A stretch of 64,000 nucleotides of DNA from Octopus bimaculoides. Its lineage: Eukaryota. The translations under genes were made by a program, and so were the position numbers. Of this stretch, positions 12,479 to 24,549 are shown piece by piece; position 1 is the stretch's first letter, and each line of letters starts with the position of its first letter. The notes below the pieces were generated by a model. That model worked only from the letters and a program-made list of their open reading frames with translations. It had not been told where the DNA came from and searched no databases. The DNA is taken from NCBI RefSeq assembly GCF_001194135.2, contig NC_068992.1, forward strand, positions 13,170,102-13,234,101, read 5' to 3'.

Positions 12479-12499
12479 TTTGCGGGGCTGCAGAATCGT

Positions 12500-12680
12500 T
12501 AGCACGCGTGACAACATGCTGAGAAGCATTTCAAACGTCTTTACGTTACGTTCTGACTTCAAATGTTGTCACGGACAACTTTGCCTTTACTCTGTTCGGA
12601 GGTCGAGAAAATATAAGTACCGTTTGAGCGACTAGCTCCTCCCCACAAAATCCCAGAACTTGTACCTAAAGTAGAAGAAT
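12500..12680 (-). mobile_element. SINE-like repeat, family A
   Basis: Reverse-oriented core TACGTTCTGACTTCAAAT..ACTTTGCCTTT..GGTCGAGAAAATATAAGTACC. Confidence 0.7.
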
Positions 12681-14221
12681 TATTTCCATTGAGATTTGTA
12701 CAACCAACAACGACCAGAAGATTTCACGAAGAGACAAAATCTCTGCCGAATACATATTCGAACCATTCTTCAGTGCCATTTTTATGCACAATTCCAGTAA
12801 CATCTCTTTTCGCTTTCATTTTTGCTCTCAGAGTTATTGAAAAACCGAAAATACTGATAGTTATGTTACTTAGATTCGCGAGTGAATAACTCAGCGTCAA
12901 AATTAAAGCAACACCAATATCAGCTAATATAACGAGAACTTCGTTATCTCTTTTGTGAGTGCCAAAATAGTTTGGCTTAAATAGATTAGAATCGTTCTAA
13001 GAATTAACGCCACGACGAATGTTTTTAAATCTAAATACTATTTTATTGGTTTCCTAGTATTTGCGATAGTCATATAGGTGAAGTGTCTAGAATATCAATG
13101 TGTCACGCAATGTTCTCATTGAATGTACCCGTTAGAGAAAGATCCTAGATTAGACAATACTTGATAGAAATGAACTGACCATATAATTTGATAAATGCAA
13201 AAAAAAAAAAGAAAATTTGGGGGGAAAGCTAGTCTTGCAAATACTTTCTACAGAAATGTCAGTCTTATTATATCTCTTTTAAGTAAACTTTAATAAATAT
13301 CGTTTCCCACCAGTGCAATGACGGCGATGTTAGAATGAAGGACTAAGGTAGCGTGCGGTATACAGCTACCTATTCGTTAAGTACCGTATTCAAATTCGTT
13401 GCGAGCTGAATTTCTAATATCGTCTCTCAGAGTCAACACAATAAGACGGATAAGTAACATTAATAGAATATTTTTTTTTCTCGAATAAAATACACCAGTT
13501 GACACGACAAACGTTAATTTTCTAGTCATAATTACATATATTGAAAGAATTGCAGGGCCAGCGTATGAAAGTTTCTTTGTAGCACCGCTATGTTGTCGAT
13601 TTTGTGAAAAGATAATGAATGGAGAGAGAAATTGATCTCAGCAATTTATGAGTTCCACCTTAGAATAATGAAAGCCAAAAATGTGCTGCGACTGGGTTTG
13701 GATTCAGGACACACAAAGCCGGAACAAATACACATATTGCTTTATCACCGACGTGCTAACGACCCTAGACACTTATGACAAAAAGAATGCATGTGAACTA
13801 AATCATGTAATAATAATTAGATTCATAATTACTAGTTTGTGAGTCAAAGCTTAAAAAGTGTGAAGCGTTGACCATACCAATATAAGGTTGGTAGATTCCG
13901 AGATGCTGTTTCAATTTCATTTACTCTTTCCTGTTGGACTATTTAACTAAGTAATAATTTGTCCTCTTCACTCAGAAAATTTTCATTCAAATATGCAATA
14001 AATATACTATCTTTGATAACTTCCAGGATTTCGCAAATACAATGACAGGCCCACAAAACAATATCCCTTTTAGGTGAATGAATATTATCAAATTATTCTC
14101 CCCCAACCAACTCCCCAAATGAATTCTATTGCTTTGAAGGATTTTGAAGTAACATTCTTGTAAGTTATATCGAATTTTCATATCCTAAATATCAAGGCTT
14201 TGTATGTAAGGTAGAAAACTA

Positions 14222-14267
14222 GTATTATTATTACTATTATTATTATTATTACTATTATTATTATTAC

Positions 14268-14331
<64 letters not shown>

Positions 14332-14332
14332 G
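14222..14332. repeat. (TAT)n microsatellite
   Basis: Direct reading. Confidence 0.95.
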
Positions 14333-14442
14333 AAAAGAAGTGAATGACAGAAGATACATATATCTGAGTTGCAACCGTTTATTTTGCGACTTTAAATCTC
14401 CCGCGGTCTTGTCTTTACACTTTTAAACATAGTAATTTATAA

Positions 14443-14600
14443 TTTAGGCAGAATTCTTGGGATTTCCAGTGGACGGAGTCAATAGATACCGCTGATCCTG
14501 TTACTTGGCTAGAGTTTTATTTCATCTACGCTGAAAGGATGATAAACAAAGTTGAGCTCGTCCACATTTTAACCCAGAGCGTAAAACATGATAAGAAATA
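14443..14600 (+). mobile_element. SINE-like repeat, family A (old copy)
   Basis: GAAAGGATGATAAACAAAGTTGAGCTCGTCCACATTTTAACCCAGAGCGTAAA aligns to the family A middle. Confidence 0.6.
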
Positions 14601-15789
14601 TAATAAGACGTTTTGTATATAAAAAGCAAAGCCAAAAAAGGAGGGAAAAATATAACGCTGAAGTGATTTTCTCAGCAGGCCGCCATCAATGATTTCAGCG
14701 TCTAAACACAATGAAATAAGATAAAAGTAAATTACAAAAATCATTTCGATTAAATGCCGCATCTTCAGAAACAGCTCTCATTCATCCAAAAAATTGTCAT
14801 CGGTATCATCATTGTATCGTCACTGTCGTTGTCGTTAGACCATAACCGTCATCAGATCGAGGGCATCATCGTCATCCTTCATATTTCTTGCAGATCCGCA
14901 ACATACTGACTCAGTAGAGTATTTAAGACTCTTTAAATTCCAAGTTGCAATCCCACCGTAATCGCATCTTGCATTTCCTCCTTCAACTATCGATAATATA
15001 ACCACCATTTAATTAGTAACGCACATTTATTCAAATAAACTATCTACAAATTCCCGCAGCTGCGTGCACCTATATTATTAATGCTCATTTATAGTTTGAA
15101 TACAACACGCAAGGTCATTAACATTTCTCATAGATATTCATAACGTCTGTGATGGTAGAATACATAACAGTCAAACACTAGACTCCATTTCATTGACTAT
15201 ACTCGTATTCAAACATTCTTGATCGGATTTGCTTAACGTTTTGAATTCCTCTCCTCACCTTTACTAAAAAACAGAGTCTCCAGCTACTTCATTGTATTCA
15301 GATATCAAATCGTATATCACCTGCAAGCATTTTCCTTTGTAATTCCTCTCCACACTTAAATTTAACGATACTAGATACATGAAATTGTGTGACACAGTTC
15401 CATGATCACACGAGAATATTATACGTATGGGAATTGATAGCGGAAACAATATAGTAATATTTCCAAATCGAGGTATAGAGCAAACAATAACTACACAAAA
15501 TCTGGTAAAATACATTTTTCAATTTCATAAAAACATACTGTCACTGTCACGTACATTGTTTTCAGTACATTCCAAGTAGCCTCTTACAATTTTCCAAAAT
15601 TAACTTTATTTAGCGGGAAAATCTTGATAAAACTTGGGCGAATTTTACAGCCAAGTGGCAGAGCATGTATAATATAGCGAACCATGTTTCTGTTGAAGTT
15701 ACTGCTAATAGTTTGGAAACTACACATGTATGCATGTAAACAAATATGCACAAAGATGCACATATATATACGCATAGACATATGCAAGC

Positions 15790-15827
<38 letters not shown>

Positions 15828-15832
15828 ATACC

Positions 15833-15872
15833 GGCCATGACGAAGGGAAATAGCCCTGAAACTCGAGTCGCC
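15833..15872 (+). ncRNA. Minimal type-I hammerhead ribozyme-like motif between two (TA)n arrays
   Basis: GGC-C(a)TGACGA-AGGG(AAATAG)CCCT-GAAA-CTCGAGTC-GCC: 3-bp stem I, core with a 1-nt insertion, 4-bp stem II, GAAA, perfect palindrome ACTCGAGT as stem III, GUC triplet. Confidence 0.6.
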
Positions 15873-16273
15873 TTTATATATATATATTTATATTTATATA
15901 TTTATATATTTGATCCTTTATATTGAACACTCAATATTTCATCTACATTGAATACTTTCTTTCATGGTGCCATCCATTTTTATTTTATTTTATTTTATAT
16001 TGTATATTGTATATCATATTATATATTGTATATTCCATATTCTATACCCCACATTAGTTCTGCAGGAATATAAATAAAACATAAAAAACAGACAGTGTTG
16101 GAACTCTTTTAAGCNNNNNNNNNNNNNNNNNNNNNNNNNNNNNNNNNNNNNNNNNNNNNNNNNNNNNNNNNNNNNNNNNNNNNNNNNNNNNNNNNNNNNN
16201 NNNNNNNNNNNNNNNNNNNNNNNNNNNNNNNNNNNNNNNNNNNNNNNNNNNNNNNNNNNNNNNNNNNNNNNNN

Positions 16274-16315
<42 letters not shown>

Positions 16316-16339
16316 TGGGGGGTATCTTTCAGACATGGC

Positions 16340-16650
16340 ATCAGTTACATAGACAGCCGGACTTACTAAGGATGCAGACGAAACAAATATAGAACATTCT
16401 GTCAAGGAACTTTCTGATGCTAATCTTCTACACAAAGACTTAAAGGCCATATATAAATGGGCTGAGGACAACAACATTCAATTTAATAGCGGCAAATTCC
16501 ATGCCTTTCGCTACCAACTAATTTGTGCTCAAAGTCGCACGAGAACACTCTGGACCAAAAGAGCGGCAACCCCAGAATCACATATGGTGCGTGATCTTGG
16601 GATTGATATGAGCAACGATACCCCGTTTCATATGCATACCACCAAGATGG
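16340..16650 (+). mobile_element. CR1/L2-like LINE reverse transcriptase fragment
   Basis: DADETNIEHSVKELSDANLLHKDLKAIYKWAEDNNIQFNSGKF..VRDLGIDMS matches the RT YADD motif and downstream region. Confidence 0.85.
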
Positions 16651-16744
16651 TGGTAGAAAAGCGGAGACTAAATAATATATGCGTGTTTATCTCACTTCAC
16701 ATATCAGCAAACTCGTGGAACGTATTTTCTTGAAGAAGCTCATC

Positions 16745-18010
16745 ACCTTCCCAGAAGATAATGACTTACTCCTTTACACGCGGCATGGTTTCTGCTCAGG
16801 AAGAAGCTATCTTAACACAGTTTCTGTCACATTATGACTGTATGCGAAAACGACTACCGAATCGCTCAAACGTGAATGTGATCTGTTTTACACAGGAGTT
16901 TGACAAGGTAGTCCATAGCATGGTTTGCACAAGCTACGAAGACTTAGCACAGTCAGCAAACTGGTAGACTGGTTACATGACTTCTTAAAAGACATAGGCT
17001 AGTCTGTGGCTGCCAATGAGGCACACTTCAAGGAAACTGAATTAGCGAGTAGAGTGCTTCAGGCAAATCTTTTGGGGCTGCTGGTGTTTGAGGTGCATGT
17101 TTTCGACATGCTATTAGTCACATATAGAACCAAAATGACTAGCTATGGCAATGAAACAAAAGTTGTAAATGCAGTTTAACGCAGGAAAATTCTACGTCTT
17201 CCATTATCAGCAATTATGTGCTAGTATGCTGCAATAAAGATACTCTGAATCAAAAGGAGTGGTAATCCGAGGGTCAAGTACAGGGCGAGGTCTTCGGATC
17301 GACATGAGAAATAAAGCGATTCACGTGCTTATCACCAAGATGGTAGCAATGTACAAGCGAATGGACATATGGATTCTTATACCTCTCAGACCAAAAGACA
17401 ACGAGACTATGTTGGTTGTGTGGAGGACGTTTATATTCAGCCGTCTGGGTTATTGCTTTCAACTGTGGTCATCCCAGAATGCCTAATTAAGGAACTTGAA
17501 GCAGTTCAGCGGTGCTATACTAGAACGATTGCATCACTGGTAGAGATGTGCTACTGACGGTTAATGAAAGAGCTATGGCAAAGACAGGAGAGATATGCAA
17601 TGATATATGTACGGGAGATCCTGGAAGGAATGTTACCAAACTTTGGTCTCGTGAGGTTTAACAGCCCGAACCCGACGTTACTGCAGTGTTACAAAGGTCC
17701 CAGTCAACCCGTCTATATTTAAGACCAAATACTGCCATAGCATATGTTTCAAGTCCACGTGGCTATTTAATGCTTTGTCATAACATGGCAGATCTACATG
17801 GAGTGGAGGTAGATGGTTTCAATAAACAACTTGATCTATTGTTGCAGGTCCTTGATAAACCTACATCACGGCAAAATACTCAGAAGTGGACATCAATGTC
17901 GAACTCCGTCTTTCACCAAAATCCAGTGACATAGGAATGGCCATTGAAATAGTAATAATACTGGCGGTAAACACTGGACGGCCACAACATTTGGGCTGAA
18001 ACATATTAAA
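16745..18010 (+). mobile_element. CR1/L2-like LINE, decayed ORF2 RT to 3' tail
   Basis: Frameshifted motifs: HGFCSGRS, LTQFLSHYD..SNVNVI..FDKVVH, WLHDFLKD, RLGYCFQLWS, LIKELEAVQR.YTRTIAS, RQERYAMIYV, DLHGVEVDGFNKQLDLLL. Ends in the tail GGCGGT..GGCCACAAC..GCTGAAACA. Confidence 0.9.
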
Positions 18011-19204
18011 GATTAAGAGATAGATGCACACATACATACACACAAACGTACATACATAAGTACTTACACACATACATACATACATACAGACATCATACAT
18101 ACATAGATAGACAGCTAAGTATATATATATATATATATATATGTCTATATTTTGTTTATATATATGTATATATGTGAGTGTGTGTGCATGTGTATATATA
18201 TACGTACATATATTGTTGTATGTGGTGTGTGAGCGTGTGTGTGTATGTCTATGTGTGACTATTTATATGAATGTATACATTTCTGTGTAAATTCATGTAG
18301 CGTTATACAGACATATATATACATATGTATATATATATATATATATNNNNNNNNNNNNNNNNNNNNNNNNNNNNNNNNNNNNNNNNNNNNNNNNNNNNNN
18401 NNNNNNNNNNNNNNNNNNNNNNNNNNNNNNNNNNNNNNNNNNNNNNNNNNNNNNNNNNNNNNNNNNNNNNNNNNNNNNNNNNNNNNNNNNNNNNNNNNNN
18501 NNNNNNNNNNNNNNNNNNNNNNNNNNNNNNNNNNNNNNNNNNNNNNNNNNNNNNNNNNNNNNNNNNNNNNNNNNNNNNNNNNNNNNNNNNNNNNNNNNNN
18601 NNNNNNNNNNNNNNNNNNNNNNNNNNNNNNNNNNNNNNNNNNNNNNNNNNNNNNNNNTATACATATATATATATATATATATGGTGATTTTGGTCCTCTC
18701 CTGAGTGGAAATACCACATGTAATTAGCAGCTGCCTAATAATACGGTGTCGATCGCTCCCGCTGCTGCATGATATTGTTCGTAAAAGAATACACAATGTA
18801 ATTCACAGAAAAGACTTTCGATTTACAAATATAAATCTAGGAAAGTAACGTTAAGTACAATGATAAATGTTTCCTGCACTGAATATGATTGTATATTTTA
18901 CAAAATCAGCTCAAATAAGAACATTTATGACTGCTGCTTCTAACCTACAGATTCTCTATTTTGGGTATAAAGTTACTTATATCTCAATAATCACCAGTGA
19001 AAATATTTATCATAGTAAGTCTCTATATAGAATTTGTAGAAGTTAGGTGATTTCAACAAAAAACGAAACTGACTGGCATGGAATATAATCTGTAAGTGGA
19101 ACATTAACAATCTCATTTCTGTAATCAAAATTCCAGTGAAGAAGCTCTTGTTTCTTTCTAAGAAATCATCTGATTCTTCCTTGGAAGAATATTATCTTCG
19201 ACGT

Positions 19205-19350
19205 CTGACATAAGGCCACCAAGTTGAGGTAGAGTGAAGGATAAGTCGATTACATCAACCCCAGAGAACAAATGGTGTGTATTTTATCGTCTTCTAAAAT
19301 ATGAAAGGTAAAATCGATCTCAGCCGCATTGGAACTCAGAACGTAATTCT
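19205..19350 (+). mobile_element. SINE-like repeat, family A
   Basis: ATAAGTCGATTACATCAACCCCAG..TATTTTATCG..ATGAAAGG..GGAACTCAGAACGTA. Confidence 0.8.
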
Positions 19351-19832
19351 AAGAAGAATATCAATAAATGAAAATATTAAATATAAACCTTTATATAGAC
19401 AATTATAACTACTCAGCTTCATGCCACACCACTATGCGTTTCCAGCATGAATTCCTTCAGCATTTACGACCAAATAAATACTCTTCTCTTACAATAGAAA
19501 TTTCTTAATTCAGAAGTATATATATATATATATATATATACATATGTAAATTTATGCGTGCGTTTGTGTGTTTGTATGTATCTGTGTATGCATATGTATA
19601 TATGTATATTCATTTGCTATGTCAAATTATACACACAAATAATTTCACATGAAGTTGGAGGATTGATAAAAACTTTTCTGTCGAGTAAATATTAATCTTC
19701 AAAAGGAATACGTTGCCTCTCTCCTCGTTGAATCTTCGAATTTCTCTGAAGCATTTTCAATCTAAAAGTTAATAAATATGATCATATGTTTTTGTGTGGT
19801 ATTTACCTTTAAATGTAGATAGGTAGATAAAT

Positions 19833-19834
<2 letters not shown>

Positions 19835-19898
<64 letters not shown>
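19835..19898. repeat. (GATA)n microsatellite
   Basis: Direct reading. Confidence 0.95.
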
Positions 19899-21041
19899 TT
19901 TACAGAGCCATGCTAATTATAGGAATTAAACGCAGGAAGGAATTTACATAAATATCAATAAATATATCTCGAAATTTAAAGAGCGTTTCACAGCTAAATG
20001 AAACAAAATAATGGGAGAACTTTCTCATTGCTTGTGAGTTTTCTATAGAGATTATAGAAAATGTATGATTTTAGGATTAGCTGTTTGTTGACATTTTCGC
20101 CGCTTTTGATTGGATAAAATAAACGCCTGATTTTAGTGAACNNNNNNNNNNNNNNNNNNNNNNNNNNNNNNNNNNNNNNNNNNNNNNNNNNNNNNNNNNN
20201 NNNNNNNNNNNNNNNNNNNNNNNNNNNNNNNNNNNNNNNNNNNNNNNNNNNNNNNNNNNNNNNNNNNNNNNNNNNNNNNNNNNNNNNNNNNNNNNNNNNN
20301 NNNNNNNNNNNNNNNNNNNNNNNNNNNNNNNNNNNNNNNNNNNNNNNNNNNNNNNNNNNNNNNNNNNNNNNNNNNNNNNNNNNNNNNNNNNNNNNNNNNN
20401 NNNNNNNNNNNNNNNNNNNNNNNNNNNNNNNNNNNNNNNNNNNNNNNNNNATATATATATATATATATATATATACATACATGTGCACATACAAACATAC
20501 GTACCCACATATCTACATGCATACAAACATATTTAAGTCATTTATTTAGTTGAAAACCTGTAGTTCAAGAGTTAAGTAGTTAAGCACATAGTCACCCGAG
20601 TCTGTTTATTTCAATTCGATGCTTTGATTGGCTGAGGTGATTCGCCTGATGTTTTTTCGCCGATCTGATAAACCACGTGTTACCCTGTAGTAGAAAAAAT
20701 TCAATACAGATATGATACCTAATTTAATGGACGGTATGTACATGGAAAGTGAAATTTATTTGCTTTTATTATTATTTAATGTTTTCCTTAATATATGACC
20801 AGTTTCACCAATTTAAGAACAAATTCATATGGATTTTTCGAACTTATTTGGTAAGTATAATTAAATATATATTTCAGCTTTTGCCATAATTTCTTAACTC
20901 CCAACATTTCTGAAATGTTGTATGATAAAAACAAATAGCATATATTTTGCTTGTCCCGTTTTAGTCTTGAATTTAGTATTCTATATTTTAGAATATTCAT
21001 TAGAACGTATATACAACGATTTCGAGAAAAAAAAGGTTATA

Positions 21042-21073
<32 letters not shown>

Positions 21074-21820
21074 CATGAAGAAATATATACATTCATGCAT
21101 AATGTTTTGTGTGTGAATGCATATCCTTTGCAGTAGTAATATGTATTTTAAGACAAAAGTTTCTTCTCTTCGACGTATAACGATTTCTTTTTGTCGTATT
21201 TTTCAAGTTATCACATTGTACAATGACACCAACGTAAAACAGGATAAAAGAAACATAATTTTGCCAAAATTTGAAATATTTTTAGTCTGCAAACACATTA
21301 TTATCCTTACCGAATTGCATGATCACATATTCCTCAGAATAATAATTTAACTTTTAAATAGATTGCAGTTTCTTTTATTAGAATAACCTGTCTAGGATAA
21401 TTTTCTTGTTGAAATGTGCAGATAATTTAAACCATTGTTTAGCAAAATAGCTAAGATTTATTCTAGTCAAGCAATAATTCTACAGATGATGATGATGATG
21501 ATGGAAATACGGGACATGTATTTTAAACAATATTTTCGATACTTTATTTAGTAAAATAGAAATAATGATTCTTAATACTAGGTATGAGAAGGTAATCGAA
21601 TTTGTGTTTTATTGTTGAACATTAAATTCTTAATATATATTTTCGGAATTCTTTAATGTTGCACATTAAATAATACACTGCCAAGAAATATTATTTATAT
21701 CGAATGAAGAATTTAAATTTAATATATATATATATATATATATATATCAACAATCGAAATTTATATGAAATTTGTTTTCCGCATACAATATTGTTGTAAA
21801 AAAGATCACGCTATATGTTC

Positions 21821-22090
21821 ATTTGCATAAGAGGTCACCAAGGGTCAAACACAGGAACATCGGATGATATGAAAACATGTGGAGGAAGTTTTTTCATTGG
21901 TTAAGCATTTCACCTGATATTTTTCGCCTGAGATGCATCTACATTTTAACCTTTGACATCAGTTTTATGTAGAATTTGATTGGTCAGTTAATCACTGCTG
22001 ATCTATCGACATATGAGTAACAGCTGGATCGTATGTTTCTTATTCGTGAGCAACGATTGGTCGACAACTTTCACCTGATGTTATCACCTC
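21821..22090. promoter_or_regulatory. Candidate cis-regulatory module (octamer, DR4, CCAAT/E-box composites)
   Basis: ATTTGCAT (21821-21828); AGGTCA-CCAA-GGGTCA (21832-21847); ATTGG-N9/N10-TCACCTGAT at about 21896 and 22056, with a variant at about 21980. Function is inferred. Confidence 0.4.
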
Positions 22091-22352
22091 ATATTTTTAC
22101 TTTCATTTTCAAAATACTCGTCGTCATTGTCATATTCGATGACTGCATCCTCATCCCCATTCTCATAATTGCCTTCTTTTTCTTCTTCTTCTATCAATCT
22201 GTCTATCTATCTATCTGTCTGTCTGTCTGTCTGTATGTCTGCCCCCCTCTCTCTCTTTCTATATATATATGACGGACTCACCCGTCGTTCGTCACCTCAT
22301 CACCGAACAAACACACAGATGATTTTTTTATAATAATCAAATGTTTGTGTAG

Positions 22353-22385
<33 letters not shown>

Positions 22386-22689
22386 NNNNNNNNNNNNNNN
22401 NNNNNNNNNNNNNNNNNNNNNNNNNNNNNNNNNNNNNNNNNNNNNNNNNNNNNNNNNNNNNNNNNNNNNNNNNNNNNNNNNNNNNNNNNNNNNNNNNNNN
22501 NNNNNNNNNNNNNNNNNNNNNNNNNNNNNNNNNNNNNNNNNNNNNNNNNNNNNNNNNNNNNNNNNNNNNNNNNNNNNNNNNNNNNNNNNNNNNNNNNNNN
22601 NNNNNNNNNNNNNNNNNNNNNNNNNNNNNNNNNNNNNNNNNNNNNNNNNNNNNNNNNNNNNNNNNNNNNNNNNNNNNNNNNNNNNNNNN

Positions 22690-22757
<68 letters not shown>

Positions 22758-23475
22758 CATATAAACACTCACAAAAATCCATGTAAACATGCGTAAACTA
22801 TGGTCTGTGTGTGAGAAATCTTCATTGTTTATATTGTCATTATTACACATATCATCATCATCATCATCATTATCATCATCATTATTATCATTATTAATGT
22901 TATTATTATTGTCATTATATATCCTTGATTTTAGAGTAATAGATGCGGTTGTTGCAACGGTGCTGTTGCCAATGGAAATGTCTTTGGCGATGTTAGAACC
23001 AGCGTAAGAATACGTAATAAAATGGTTTGCGATATTTATTTCCGTTGCATTTATTCAACGCCGCATGTCTTATTTATCCACTTTTTAAACCCTTATTATA
23101 TATATATTTTTATATTTGCAACTGCTACGTGTGGAATTTTTGTCAGAAGAGATCCAATTCCATATCACCTTACAGGTATTCGTTTCAGTTTTGGATTATT
23201 ATTACCGAACGATATTCATTGATGTATTTGTCACTTTGAATAAGGATGTCCCAGATGACTAAAAGCAAAGCGTTGTCAGGTATTTCGTTAGCTTCACAAT
23301 CACGTCACTTCTTATTCGTTACCATAATAAAGGGTCGGCATATTACCGATCGGTATGCATACATATCGACCAAATTGAGTTTCTGAACATACATGGAATT
23401 TGCAGGAACCGGTCAACCTGAAATAATGAGTTTATCAATATAATTAAAATAAATGCATATGCTTGACTTGATGGC

Positions 23476-23620
23476 AAAGGCAGCGATTTGGCAGATTAGT
23501 TAGTATCGCGGTCAAAATTCCTCATGATATTTGCAGCTACACTCTTTGCTCAGAGTGAAAATTGTGCCGAGCTCAGCTGTGTCGTTCCGTCCATTCTGTA
23601 TCGTCAAATATTTAGCATTC
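23476..23620 (-). mobile_element. SINE-like repeat, family A
   Basis: AAGGCAGCGATTTGGCAGA..TGAAAATTGTGCCGAGCTCAGC..TCCATTCTGTATCG, reverse orientation of the family core. Confidence 0.6.
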
Positions 23621-24514
23621 TAGGTTAGTGAAGTTGTTTGAAGCTCACGTCTTATTGTGGTATACAGGACGGTGCCTTCATTTCCAGGAAAACTATCTCT
23701 GATTACGTTGGTAACGTTGGTATGCCGGTGACTTTCCCCAGACCTACATGAGGAACACCAATGAACCGCGAAAATCCTGCCCTGACATGCATAGTTGCAT
23801 GGTAGGCATTGAGTAACAGAGGACTTATCTGATGTTAGTACCATGTTACACTATATTCTTCCCGTAGTGTTTTGGGTACAAGCATCGATCTTAAACATCT
23901 AAAATAAGCACTTCTTTGTCTGCATTTAGTCCCGATCCTCCTAGCTGTGTTTGGCTTTCATTTTATTTTCCATCTTGTATTTGAGGTTCCCAAGTCTTTA
24001 CAAACATCAGGTTGCTTTAGTGCGATTGAGACTTAATTTGATCTTTCAACGTAAATGCATGCAATACAGAACTACACACACACACACACACGCACACACA
24101 CACACACACACACNNNNNNNNNNNNNNNNNNNNNNNNNNNNNNNNNNNNNNNNNNNNNNNNNNNNNNNNNNNNNNNNNNNNNNNNNNNNNNNNNNNNNNN
24201 NNNNNNNNNNNNNNNNNNNNNNNNNNNNNNNNAGTTATCGCCAAGCCAACATGGCAGTCCCAAAATTAGGACGAAAGCTGCCGTGAATTAGCTCCAAGAA
24301 GCCATCGCCTCAAGCTAGCTATGTGACACACGAAACCTGTGTCCTTTATAATCTTCGAACAGTGGAGGTCAGCAGCTCCCCCTTGCTGGTTTGGCATCTG
24401 CAGACTAGTTTCAGGGTGTAGCCCCTTGTCAATGCAGAGCAGCCAAGCTCCAGCCGGGCAGCGCTACTGATTCTCCGTTCGAAGGTTATTTATCTAATTT
24501 CAGTGGAATCTATC

Positions 24515-24549
<35 letters not shown>

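Noticed and set aside
14526-14762. 78-aa hydrophobic ORF (..DAEIIDGGLLRKSLQRYIFPSFFGF..) resembling a membrane-protein C-terminus
   Set aside because: Its distal part is the antisense strand of a family A SINE, and it has no convincing splice donor or recognisable family.
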